Below, piece by piece: positions 46,127 through 54,280 of a stretch of DNA of 64,000 bases. The notes under the pieces are model-generated. The model saw nothing but the letters and a program-made list of their open reading frames with translations. It searched no databases and had not been told where the DNA came from. This DNA is from an uncultured virus (IMG/VR IMGVR_UViG_3300023178_004374) (Duplodnaviria; Heunggongvirae; Uroviricota; Caudoviricetes). Every line of letters starts with the position of its first letter. The stretch's first letter is position 1. The stretch lies in the IMG/VR virus record IMGVR_UViG_3300023178_004374. One strand, 5' to 3'. The position numbers were made by a program, and so were the translations under genes.

Positions 46127-46300
46127 TTATTCCTCCGATAGTTTAACCCAAAAACAGTCTAGGGTTTGATTTTTGTCTGTAATAAGCACTGAAGCTTTGC
46201 TCATTGCTTTTACACATGAATCTTTATCAGTATAGTTTCCTAAATGATAAGTCTTCATCTCTTGTGAGCTAGTCAAAGCTAGCCATACGAGTACCCACAT
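46127..46300 (-). CDS. Small membrane-anchored Cys-pair protein (57 aa)
   Basis: Manual translation MWVLVWLAL...YTDKDSC...LDCF; GAGG RBS. Confidence 0.65.
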   Translation of the reverse strand: MWVLVWLALTSSQEMKTYHLGNYTDKDSCVKAMSKASVLITDKNQTLDCFWVKLSEE

Positions 46301-46310
46301 ACTATAACCT

Positions 46311-46676
46311 CTATTTTAACATATTTTCTATGTCGTCTAATATATATCCTATTCCTTCAGCTAATCCAAATAATATAGCACCCGCAAAAAGAAGCATTAA
46401 GAAAAGAAAAGGGGCAAAAACAAATGCCCACCAATATGCTCTTATAAAACTTATTCCTTTTTCTTTTCTTAATTCAGCTTTATGTTCAAACCAATGAGCT
46501 ATCCATCGAGCCCATTTCTTTAAGGTTGCAGTTAACCAATCACTTAATACCCATCTTAATATTCTCATAACTATGAGTATAGGGCTAGTAATAACATCCC
46601 AAATGATTAAAATAATATCTACAAATAAATCAACGCAATGGTCTATTGTAATCCATTTTTTAAATTTATTCCACAT
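46311..46676 (-). CDS. Membrane protein
   Basis: Trp-rich, hydrophobic helices. Confidence 0.6.
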   Translation of the reverse strand: MWNKFKKWITIDHCVDLFVDIILIIWDVITSPILIVMRILRWVLSDWLTATLKKWARWIAHWFEHKAELRKEKGISFIRAYWWAFVFAPFLFLMLLFAGAILFGLAEGIGYILDDIENMLK

Positions 46677-46677
46677 A

Positions 46678-47145
46678 TTATGGCGCCTGATTAAAAATCC
46701 AAACAAACCCTACCATTATCGCGACTGAAGTAACAAATAAGCCAATTCCAACAAGCCATTCCATTATTGCTTGTTTACGTTCGATTGCTGCGTATTCTCT
46801 TTCTTTTTGTTCTTTACGCATTTGGGTTTCAATGTGAACAATTTCTTTCCATGCAGATGGACCATAGTATAAAGAAATATAGCTGCGGAGTTCTTCACGC
46901 ATCTCATCTACTTTTTTCTTTTGCATCCATGATTCAACAGCATTTGCCTGATGACCACCTCCTAGCTTTTTCCACCAAGGAGGTTTTTTATCTTGCTCTG
47001 CTGCAAAATTAATATCAGAAATTGCTTTTGACCATTGGCCAAGTTGACCTGACATATCTTGTATATCTTTACCAAGAGCAACCGCTTGCTTAATTCCATT
47101 AAAGGCAGCAGTCGCTACACCTACGGCGCTTATAGGGTCTATCAT
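46678..47145 (-). CDS. Membrane-anchored hypothetical protein (MIDP start), late
   Basis: GAGG RBS; C-terminal TM; late promoter upstream. Confidence 0.7.
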   Translation of the reverse strand: MIDPISAVGVATAAFNGIKQAVALGKDIQDMSGQLGQWSKAISDINFAAEQDKKPPWWKKLGGGHQANAVESWMQKKKVDEMREELRSYISLYYGPSAWKEIVHIETQMRKEQKEREYAAIERKQAIMEWLVGIGLFVTSVAIMVGFVWIFNQAP

Positions 47146-47224
47146 TAAACACCTCGTTATATCGTTTCATTTATCTTAAATTACAGATAATAACAAAGTA
47201 TTCAAGTAATTACCACCTTTTATC

Positions 47225-47232
47225 TATTTATA
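47225..47232 (-). promoter_or_regulatory. T4-type late promoter TATAAATA
   Basis: Exact consensus at a gene end. Confidence 0.65.
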
Positions 47233-47455
47233 CTTCACCGTCCTTCGAAGCACCCCAAACAGTACATTTTGCTTCAACAAATTCATGGCCATACAATTGA
47301 TTATTTTCTATCATAAAATTCATTTGTCTAGCTAGAGCTTCGTAACATTGTACTTCTGTACTATATTTAAATTTCGAATTAAATAGCACATTGCAAGTTT
47401 CAAAACTTGGTTCTATATCTGGTATACAAAGTAAGATTGCTGCTGTCCATAACAT
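47228..47455 (-). CDS. Small membrane-anchored Cys-rich protein
   Basis: MLWTAAILLC, YSTEVQC, AKC. Confidence 0.65.
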   Translation of the reverse strand: MLWTAAILLCIPDIEPSFETCNVLFNSKFKYSTEVQCYEALARQMNFMIENNQLYGHEFVEAKCTVWGASKDGEV

Positions 47456-47471
47456 GACTGTCTCCTAAAAT

Positions 47472-47497
47472 AAAAAAGGGAGCTAACCGTGGCCCCC
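47472..47497 (-). terminator. Rho-independent terminator of the tmRNA/OMP unit
   Basis: GGGGGC-CACGGTTA-GCTCCC followed by T6. Confidence 0.75.
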
Positions 47498-47537
47498 TGC
47501 GCGTTCATTACGGAACGACCCGATACTAATATTTATA

Positions 47538-47918
47538 TTAGAATGAGAATGCAACCCCTACAGTGGTGTTACCAAACTCTAAATCTGCATCAGTGCTAAC
47601 TTCCCCATAAGCACGGAGTCCATCAAAAAGCTGATAACCAACTTCAAAATCTAATCCTTCAAAGATGTCGTCGCCACTATTTAGCTCTAAAACATCAAAA
47701 GTACTAGATACTTTAAAATCAGTTCCCCATGCTTTCCAACCAGCGTGTGGTTCAAATTCCATTGACCATTCTTCGACGCCGGTTTCATAGTTTGTATCTA
47801 CTGTAGCTCCAATAGACAACGTTTGTCCTAGTACACCGATGTCAGCTGCTTCTGCTTCTTCTGCTGCGCAAGCAGCTAACGTAATTGCCGATACTGCGGC
47901 TAATGCTGCAATTTTCAT
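47538..47918 (-). CDS. Small outer-membrane beta-barrel protein
   Basis: Signal peptide, amphipathic strands, C-terminal VGVAFSF BAM signal. Confidence 0.7.
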   Translation of the reverse strand: MKIAALAAVSAITLAACAAEEAEAADIGVLGQTLSIGATVDTNYETGVEEWSMEFEPHAGWKAWGTDFKVSSTFDVLELNSGDDIFEGLDFEVGYQLFDGLRAYGEVSTDADLEFGNTTVGVAFSF

Positions 47919-47949
47919 TTTTCTTCCTTTACTATTTCTGTGCGAATTC

Positions 47950-48250
47950 ACCACTTTTCTGTTGCTAGGTAAGTGGCCAACCCCCTGTGTTATGCTGCTA
48001 GAGCGTAACCAGATGGTGCAAAGTTATCGTTTGCATTTGATTTTCGTAGACTCAAATACCAGTCGATCCTATTTCAGCCCCATCAAAAACACTTCTAATA
48101 AACTTCCAAATAGTACAATTACCAATCCGTACTGTACAAGTCTCAATGACAAATATGTAACTATATCACTCATTTCATTCTCCAAGTGTTTATGGTGGAG
48201 CTGCGCGGTACCGCCCCGCGGTCCTGAATACCCTCTAACATCTACTTGTT
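47950..48250 (-). ncRNA. ssrA: Two-piece, circularly permuted tmRNA (alphaproteobacterial type); ends approximate
   Basis: Acceptor piece ends ...GGACCGCGGGGCGGTACCGCGCAGCTCCACCA (48193); coding piece starts GGGGCTGAAATAGGATCGAC (48081); G3:U70 pair; tag ANDNFAPSGYALAA* at 48034-47990. Confidence 0.93.
48069..48173 (-). CDS. Putative 34-aa hydrophobic peptide in the tmRNA intervening segment
   Basis: GGAGAATGAA-ATG; MSDIVTYLSLRLVQYGLVIVLFGSLLEVFLMGLK*. Confidence 0.5.
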   Translation of the reverse strand: MSDIVTYLSLRLVQYGLVIVLFGSLLEVFLMGLK

Positions 48251-48280
48251 TATTTAACCACATATCCCAAGGATTGTAAA
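48251..48280 (-). promoter_or_regulatory. tmRNA promoter (early-type -35)
   Basis: TTTACA-N17-TTAAAT with TGTGG; -10 deviates from consensus. Confidence 0.55.
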
Positions 48281-48358
48281 TGGCTAAAAATTATTTTTTT
48301 ATACTGTGATATAATTATCACTTTGCCAGTACTATCATCATAGGCAACGTATTTTGAA

Positions 48359-48745
48359 CTATTCTTGTACTTCCGTATCGTGTATGTAGAGTTGGATGAG
48401 GGCATAATGTAATACCTTCAAAAGATCCTTTCTTGCATCAGCGGCAGTACCTTTTTTACCGTAGCGCTGAGCATATTTTAATACATTACCCATACAAAAT
48501 CCAGTACCATGTCCACCATCTATAATAAATTCTGTAGCTTGAAATTTATCTTTAGCATAATGAGCATCATAAGTTGAGTCAATGTATTTTTTAAATTCTT
48601 CAATAAGAGCACCTTCATTAAACTTGTAATCGGTGCTTTCACTAACAAATGTAAGAGTAGGTCCCCAATCTTTATAGTCTTCAAAATCTGACGTATCAAT
48701 TGTTATTGTTTGTCCTAGACCTACGCTTGAGTCTCCGTTTTCCAT
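48359..48745 (-). CDS. DUF3310-like protein (T7 gp1.7/SaV-related nucleotide kinase-like)
   Basis: HY..., GFCMGNVLKYAQRYGKKG, DLLKVLHY. Confidence 0.75.
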   Translation of the reverse strand: MENGDSSVGLGQTITIDTSDFEDYKDWGPTLTFVSESTDYKFNEGALIEEFKKYIDSTYDAHYAKDKFQATEFIIDGGHGTGFCMGNVLKYAQRYGKKGTAADARKDLLKVLHYALIQLYIHDTEVQE

Positions 48746-48899
48746 AACCAAGTTCCTTCATTATTTTCATTCTTTGCTCATGTGAATAATTAATCCACTG
48801 AGATATTTGCTCAATGGTTCTGTCACACCCATGACATTTCTTTGTTTCTTTATCAATTCGACAAACACCGATACAGGGTGTAACATATAAGTACTCCAT
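48696..48899 (-). CDS. DUF1289 family protein
   Basis: PCIGVC...CHGCDRT.EQI..W. Confidence 0.8.
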   Translation of the reverse strand: MEYLYVTPCIGVCRIDKETKKCHGCDRTIEQISQWINYSHEQRMKIMKELGYGKRRLKRRSRTNNNN

Positions 48900-48904
48900 A
48901 TAAA

Positions 48905-49393
48905 TTATTTATAGAAAATATGTGTACCAATTTTCTTAATTTCTGATAGCGATGCAACCCAATATGGTTTTACATATGTTGCATGATAGTGAGTTGCTCC
49001 AGCAGTCGGATCTTCTCTTCCCCATGCATAATCTTCTAATACCATTTTTACAACACGACCAGCACGTTCCCATGCTTCTATTTCTTTAGGACGATCTGAT
49101 TTACCATCATGCGTCCAGCTAAATTGTTTTCTTTGCCATACAACATCACATACGTCATTGGGAAATTTTTCAGACTTCCATCTATTTAGAGTGACCCATG
49201 CTACAGAAGCTTGACCTAACATGCTTTCATTGCGTGCTTCAAAATAAACATTCTGCTGTATGCAATATCTGTCATCATCAGAAAATGATTTAACAAATTT
49301 TTCTACATCAGCTGCGCGAGCGGATGCTAGTGTTGCAATTGAAATAACGATAGCACAATTAACAGCACCAGAAAGTAAGCTTGATAGTTTCAT
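48905..49393 (-). CDS. SleB-like cell wall hydrolase (Hydrolase_2) with signal peptide
   Basis: YFEARNE, LNR, QFSW, GATHYHA.YV.PYW, IGTHIFY. Confidence 0.9.
   Translation of the reverse strand: MKLSSLLSGAVNCAIVISIATLASARAADVEKFVKSFSDDDRYCIQQNVYFEARNESMLGQASVAWVTLNRWKSEKFPNDVCDVVWQRKQFSWTHDGKSDRPKEIEAWERAGRVVKMVLEDYAWGREDPTAGATHYHATYVKPYWVASLSEIKKIGTHIFYK
48906..48913 (-). promoter_or_regulatory. T4-type late promoter TATAAATA
   Basis: Exact consensus 6 nt before the DUF1289 ATG. Confidence 0.6.
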
Positions 49394-49418
49394 TTTACTG
49401 CCTCATTTTTTATAGTAT

Positions 49419-49478
49419 ATTCTACCACAGAAAATAACGATTGTAAACCTTTTTGTTTCTTTAGAAATCAACTACTTA
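49419..49478 (-). promoter_or_regulatory. Early promoter with upstream IHF box
   Basis: TTTACA-N17-TAGAAT; AATCAA-CTAC-TTA at 49466-49478. Confidence 0.8.
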
Positions 49479-49690
49479 CGTTTTTTATCAAGTTTTTTTA
49501 TACCTGTTGTCCAATTATCAGCGGCATCATTTACATAATGAATTGATTTACCTTTAAAATCTTCTGTAAAAAAAATTTTTCCGCCTGAATTAAAGTATTT
49601 AATATAAGCATATTCTTCTTTATAATCAAAATGAACTTCACAATAATCATCATTAAGTTGTGAATACCATGTTGATAATTTTTTACCCAT
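49472..49690 (-). CDS. Hypothetical protein
   Basis: 72 aa; stop within IHF box. Confidence 0.65.
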   Translation of the reverse strand: MGKKLSTWYSQLNDDYCEVHFDYKEEYAYIKYFNSGGKIFFTEDFKGKSIHYVNDAADNWTTGIKKLDKKRK

Positions 49691-50369
49691 CTAAGATCTC
49701 CATTATACTAGGATAAATTGCAGATATTGCTTTTGCTATTTCTTTTGCCAATTCGATATGTTCCATTTGTGTCCCATTTGCCGTGCGCAAATCAATGTAA
49801 TGTATCCAAGAACGAATGGTGCCATTAACATAAAGACGAGAGACTGTGTTTCCTTCCGGCAAAACAGCCCTGGCTTGTTCCTTGGCAATCCCGTTTTCAA
49901 TTGCCCATTCGTATGCTGCTTTTGCTTGATTGATAACACTCTGTTGGTATCCTTCCCATTGCATTTGTAATTCTTTATCATTAATACTTATACTATTTTG
50001 ACGATTTTTAGTGTCTTGTAATCGTGCTTCTCTTAAAATAAAATTGTCATTAAGATCGCGGATGTCAGCATACCGCTGAGAAAACTCTTGAAAGGAAAAG
50101 GAGCGGTGTCGAAGGAATTGTCGGGCAATGTCTCTTGTGGTTTCGACTTCGAGGCAGGCGCTTGCCATTTCGAATGGTGACCAGTGCTTGTGCTTGATGA
50201 GATATTTAAGTAGCTTTGTTGTTGTTTTGGTGTTAGCTTGGTTTTGTGGATTGGAGACACGGGCGCAATAGGCGACGAGGTCTTGGATGTTATCAAGCCC
50301 CGCGTAACCAAGTTCTCCTGCGTGGATACGACCTGAGGGTTGGCTATAGGATATGAGACGTGCATGCAT
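49683..50369 (-). CDS. thyX: Flavin-dependent thymidylate synthase
   Basis: HWSPFE, RQFLRHRSFSFQEFSQRY, KEQARAVLP. Confidence 0.95.
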   Translation of the reverse strand: MHARLISYSQPSGRIHAGELGYAGLDNIQDLVAYCARVSNPQNQANTKTTTKLLKYLIKHKHWSPFEMASACLEVETTRDIARQFLRHRSFSFQEFSQRYADIRDLNDNFILREARLQDTKNRQNSISINDKELQMQWEGYQQSVINQAKAAYEWAIENGIAKEQARAVLPEGNTVSRLYVNGTIRSWIHYIDLRTANGTQMEHIELAKEIAKAISAIYPSIMEILDG

Positions 50370-50378
50370 TTAGTTCTC

Positions 50379-51746
50379 CTAGTTTAATTTAAAATCAGCA
50401 AATTTATTTCCAACATCTGTTTTATCAAATGTAGGCGTATCATCTATTAAAGTTTGTTCTTTATCATCCACATCATATAATTTCATTTTAGATCGATCTA
50501 CACCAATCACAAAACGTTTTTTATATGTTGGATCATTATATCTATTCTTTAATTGTTTAACTGCAAGTTGACCCATACCTTCTAGTTCTTCTGTTGAGAT
50601 GAGTGCGAACATGAGGTCTGCGGTTGCGGGTAATCCAAAAGATTCGGACGTATCTTCAAGCCCAACATCTGTGTTAGAATAACCAGAACGAGTCGTTTGC
50701 GTTGCAGAGACGATCGGAACGTCGAACTCGACCGCAAGGCCACGTATTTCTTCAGCGATTGCTTTAATGTAGTTGTATGAATTAATTGCACCGCCCATTC
50801 CTTTCATTCTACTTGATGCACAAATATTTAAATAATCAATGTATATAATATCAGGTTCAAATGATCGTTTTAACTTAAGCTCATTGAGCAAGGCACGGAA
50901 GTGTGCTGCATTGGCCTGACCTGTTGGATACTCTTTTATAATTAGTTTACCACTTGTCTTTTTAGATAATGTTGTCACTCTATCGGCATACATTGACTTA
51001 CTTAAATTTGGAATTTGATCAATTGGTATATCGAGAAGATTAGCATCAATACGTTCAGCAATTCTTTCTTCAGCCATTTCCATAGTAAGATATAGCACGT
51101 TTTTATTATCTGCTAAATTCGCAGCAGCACAATGACACATAAACAAAGACTTACCAACACCAGTGCCTGCAAGACAAATATTAAGTGTTTTATTTGGTAA
51201 ACCACCTTTAGTGATTTTATTAAAGAAGTCAAGGTCAAATGGAAGTCTTTCTTCATCGCGGTGGTAAAACTCATATCGTTCATCAGAATTTTCTATATAA
51301 TCATGTCCAATATTCGTATCAAAAGAAACACCTAATGCTTTGGTTAGAATATCTGGTAAAGCATTCTTAGATAAACTTTGGTGTTTGCCATCAATAATAG
51401 TTATTGATTCCATGATAGCGTTATATAGTGCACGATCTTGACACCATTTTTCTGCAGTATCATAAAGCCATTGTTGATCGCTTTCTTCTTTATCAAATAA
51501 TTGCGGGATGATTTCTATAGCATGTCGATATTGCTCTTCAGTAAATGATTCGCTTTGTTCAATTTCAATTTTAAATGATTCTTCATTTGGAATCTTATTA
51601 TATTTAGCAACAAACTTTGCGACTTCTTTAAATATTTTTTGATACGTACCTTCAAAATAGTCTGGCTTAATAAAAGGCAAGACTTTTCTCATAAACGTTT
51701 CATTAGTAATAATGTTTTTAATTATAGTTTGTTCAATGGAATTCAT
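50379..51746 (-). CDS. 41: T4 gp41-like replicative helicase
   Basis: AGTGVGKS, EMAEERIAERIDAN, IDYLNIC, SATQTTR, SESFGLPATAD, QLKNRY. Confidence 0.95.
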   Translation of the reverse strand: MNSIEQTIIKNIITNETFMRKVLPFIKPDYFEGTYQKIFKEVAKFVAKYNKIPNEESFKIEIEQSESFTEEQYRHAIEIIPQLFDKEESDQQWLYDTAEKWCQDRALYNAIMESITIIDGKHQSLSKNALPDILTKALGVSFDTNIGHDYIENSDERYEFYHRDEERLPFDLDFFNKITKGGLPNKTLNICLAGTGVGKSLFMCHCAAANLADNKNVLYLTMEMAEERIAERIDANLLDIPIDQIPNLSKSMYADRVTTLSKKTSGKLIIKEYPTGQANAAHFRALLNELKLKRSFEPDIIYIDYLNICASSRMKGMGGAINSYNYIKAIAEEIRGLAVEFDVPIVSATQTTRSGYSNTDVGLEDTSESFGLPATADLMFALISTEELEGMGQLAVKQLKNRYNDPTYKKRFVIGVDRSKMKLYDVDDKEQTLIDDTPTFDKTDVGNKFADFKLN

Positions 51747-52030
51747 TTGTATCCTTCAAGTGATTCAGAAATAATTGATATTAATATGTCACCAGCATAA
51801 CGTTGAAACTCTTCATTGTCTTCTGTTAAATCTTGATCTGGTGTTTCAACAATTTCTAAGTTAAATGTCATCCTAGTATCTGTTTCATCGAGTCCATCAC
51901 CTTCCAGTGCGATTTTACCATAGGCAATTACAGTTTCAATATAATCTCCTGTTAAAAATCTCACATTCCAATGATTATCATCTGTAGATGATGGAATCAA
52001 TTCATAATCAATATTTTCTTTATGGTTCAT
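51743..52030 (-). CDS. Acidic protein at the T4 gp40 position
   Basis: Lies between uvsX and gene 41, as gp40 does in T4. Confidence 0.55.
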   Translation of the reverse strand: MNHKENIDYELIPSSTDDNHWNVRFLTGDYIETVIAYGKIALEGDGLDETDTRMTFNLEIVETPDQDLTEDNEEFQRYAGDILISIISESLEGYK

Positions 52031-53079
52031 TCAATTACTTCCTCTACAATAGCATCCATTGATACTTGATCTTGGTATCCAATTGAATATTGTTTTTTTA
52101 GAAACTCTTTAAAATTAGTATTAGCAAAAATGCTATCCCAAAATTCTTTTTCTAAAGTTTGATCATGCCTAACCTTTTGGCCAATTTCACCTGTCTCCAT
52201 ATTAACCGCTGCATACCAGCCATTTGAAGGTTTAGTAACGTACCCACCAACAAGAGCCACGTCAAGCAACCCAGAATAATTGCGAACACCGCCGTCCCAG
52301 GAAACAGTAATAGGAATTTTAGACTTTTCTTTAACATACCTGCTCTTCTCCACATTAATAACAAAATGATAACCTTGAATCTCGGTACCTTTTTTGTCTT
52401 GTTGTCTGCCGAGAATCCAGATATTGTCAGCTGAATAATAAATGCCTGTTCCGCCACCAACAATATCTCTAGGAAATAATCCAATTTCTTTATATGTATG
52501 ATTTACTGCAAGTAAAGGAATATTCTTCATAGCAAGATAAGGTGTTGCCATACGAAATAAACCTTTGAGAGCTTTAGCGCGAGACATATCTGCTACAGAT
52601 TTTTCATTGAGAGTGTCTTCCATTTCTTTCTTTGAAGCAAGATTGCCAATGGAATCTATAACTACTACAACTTTATCATCTCTATCCAAATTTTCTAGTT
52701 GTGCAATTAAATCAAACTTTAATTCTTCTACGTTTGTAATAGGAGTGTGCAATACTCTATTTGTATCTACGCCAAATTGTTCAAAATAACTTTGAGGCGA
52801 ACCAAATTCTGAATCATAAAAAAGCATAACAGAATCTGGATGTTTTTTCATATATGCTCCAGCAATTAAAAGAGCAAAGGATGTTTTAAAATGTTTTGAA
52901 GGGCCAGCTAAAACAGTAAGACCAGGTGCTAGCCCACCGTCAACTGATCCTGATAATGCAACATTCACCATTGGAACGTCTGTTGGAACCATATCTTTTT
53001 CAGTAAAAAATTTTGATTCTGCAAGAACTTCAGTATGATTTAACTTTGAGTTCTTTTTTAATTTATCCATAATAGACAT
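52027..53079 (-). CDS. uvsX: UvsX RecA-like recombinase
   Basis: AGPSKHFKT, YDSEFG, DSIGNLASKKE, GGTGIYYSAD. Confidence 0.95.
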   Translation of the reverse strand: MSIMDKLKKNSKLNHTEVLAESKFFTEKDMVPTDVPMVNVALSGSVDGGLAPGLTVLAGPSKHFKTSFALLIAGAYMKKHPDSVMLFYDSEFGSPQSYFEQFGVDTNRVLHTPITNVEELKFDLIAQLENLDRDDKVVVVIDSIGNLASKKEMEDTLNEKSVADMSRAKALKGLFRMATPYLAMKNIPLLAVNHTYKEIGLFPRDIVGGGTGIYYSADNIWILGRQQDKKGTEIQGYHFVINVEKSRYVKEKSKIPITVSWDGGVRNYSGLLDVALVGGYVTKPSNGWYAAVNMETGEIGQKVRHDQTLEKEFWDSIFANTNFKEFLKKQYSIGYQDQVSMDAIVEEVIE

Positions 53080-53089
53080 AGGATACTCC

Positions 53090-54280
53090 TTACATAAATG
53101 CTTCTAATGTTGCCGGTTGTTTTTCAGACCAAAAGGTTTCTGATTTATTATCTTGAATTACGAAATCTGACTCAACAAGACAAGCATCACCGCTTAAAAA
53201 TCTTTTTACATTTTCAGCCATGTCTTGTGCAGTAGTTACTGGAACGTTTTGACAAATCATATTAATGTTTTTTCGACCACCTACTAATTGAAAATCCTTA
53301 GGCATTTTCATAATTGACAAAGCTTCTCTAATATTTAAATATCTGTCTTGATCTGGATGAGTAAGTTCCATTGGAAAATGACCAACAAAAGCACCAATAT
53401 AATTTTTACCAACTTCTGTAGTTTTTCTCATAATGTTACCACCAGCTTTTAGCTTTTCACCCATCCTACGACATTTACGTGCATGATTTTCATGGCCATT
53501 ATCGTCCATCCATTTTGCTACATCTTCGTAATCAACACCTTTGTCTTCAATATAATGCAATGGATTGGTTGTTTTTTCAATTAAATTGAAAAATTCCATA
53601 TGACTAATACCACCATGCATTTCTTGTAATACGTATTGATAAAAAGGTTCTTCAGATGGAGTCTTACTATTTGTTAAAGTTTCAAACATTGGATCTGCTT
53701 CATTGGTTGCAGCAGAACGAATAGTGTCTTCAATTTTTTCATATTGTCTTTTATAAAAATTAAATCTTGGAATTGAGTTACCTTTCCAGAAAAAATAGAA
53801 AGTTCTATCTCTAATTTGACTTAGTCCATGTAAAATAGATTTAGTTTTATAAATGCTAAAGGTATAACCATTTTTTCTTGCTAGTTGACGAAGTTGTGCT
53901 ACAACCTTTTCACCCATTTTGCTTGCTAATCTTGGAGCATTTTCTCCCCAAAAAACTGTTGGCTGAATTGATTCCAAAACATATTCTGCTGACTTGACCA
54001 TCCAGTCATTAGTGCTGCTATCAGCATTGCTGCTAGGAGAAAGGGAAGACAAGCCAGCGCAAGGGCAAACAGTGTTGACAACATCGACACTATGAGGCGC
54101 AAGACCACCCACGTCAAGCTTATAATAAGGAACGCTATTGTCGTAATAATTAAGAAGTTGGCTGTCATTTGCTTCAAAGTCCGTATATGATAATATATAT
54201 TCAGGTTTTGTCCCAAATACATTTTGCATTGCTATTGTTTCTCCACCAATGAGTGGAACTATACTTGCATACTTAACCAT
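53090..54280 (-). CDS. DNA cytosine-C5 methyltransferase-like protein (divergent motif I)
   Basis: PCAGLS (IV), GENAP (VI), QIRDRTF (VIII), RYL..RE....P.DF (IX), QNVPV (X); motif I reads VPLIGG. Confidence 0.75.
   Translation of the reverse strand: MVKYASIVPLIGGETIAMQNVFGTKPEYILSYTDFEANDSQLLNYYDNSVPYYKLDVGGLAPHSVDVVNTVCPCAGLSSLSPSSNADSSTNDWMVKSAEYVLESIQPTVFWGENAPRLASKMGEKVVAQLRQLARKNGYTFSIYKTKSILHGLSQIRDRTFYFFWKGNSIPRFNFYKRQYEKIEDTIRSAATNEADPMFETLTNSKTPSEEPFYQYVLQEMHGGISHMEFFNLIEKTTNPLHYIEDKGVDYEDVAKWMDDNGHENHARKCRRMGEKLKAGGNIMRKTTEVGKNYIGAFVGHFPMELTHPDQDRYLNIREALSIMKMPKDFQLVGGRKNINMICQNVPVTTAQDMAENVKRFLSGDACLVESDFVIQDNKSETFWSEKQPATLEAFM

Noticed and set aside
47498..47525. Riboswitch downstream of the OMP gene
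   Set aside because: I could not match it to any riboswitch consensus; it is explained as a hairpin plus terminator.
48069..48263. 64-aa ORF spanning the tmRNA acceptor piece
   Set aside because: Its first 30 codons overlap the promoter and T-arm/CCA; only the RBS-led part from 48173 is plausible.
27130..53079. Inteins or introns in nrdJ, gene 41, uvsX or thyX
   Set aside because: Protein lengths are normal, motifs are contiguous, and no splice-junction signatures are seen.
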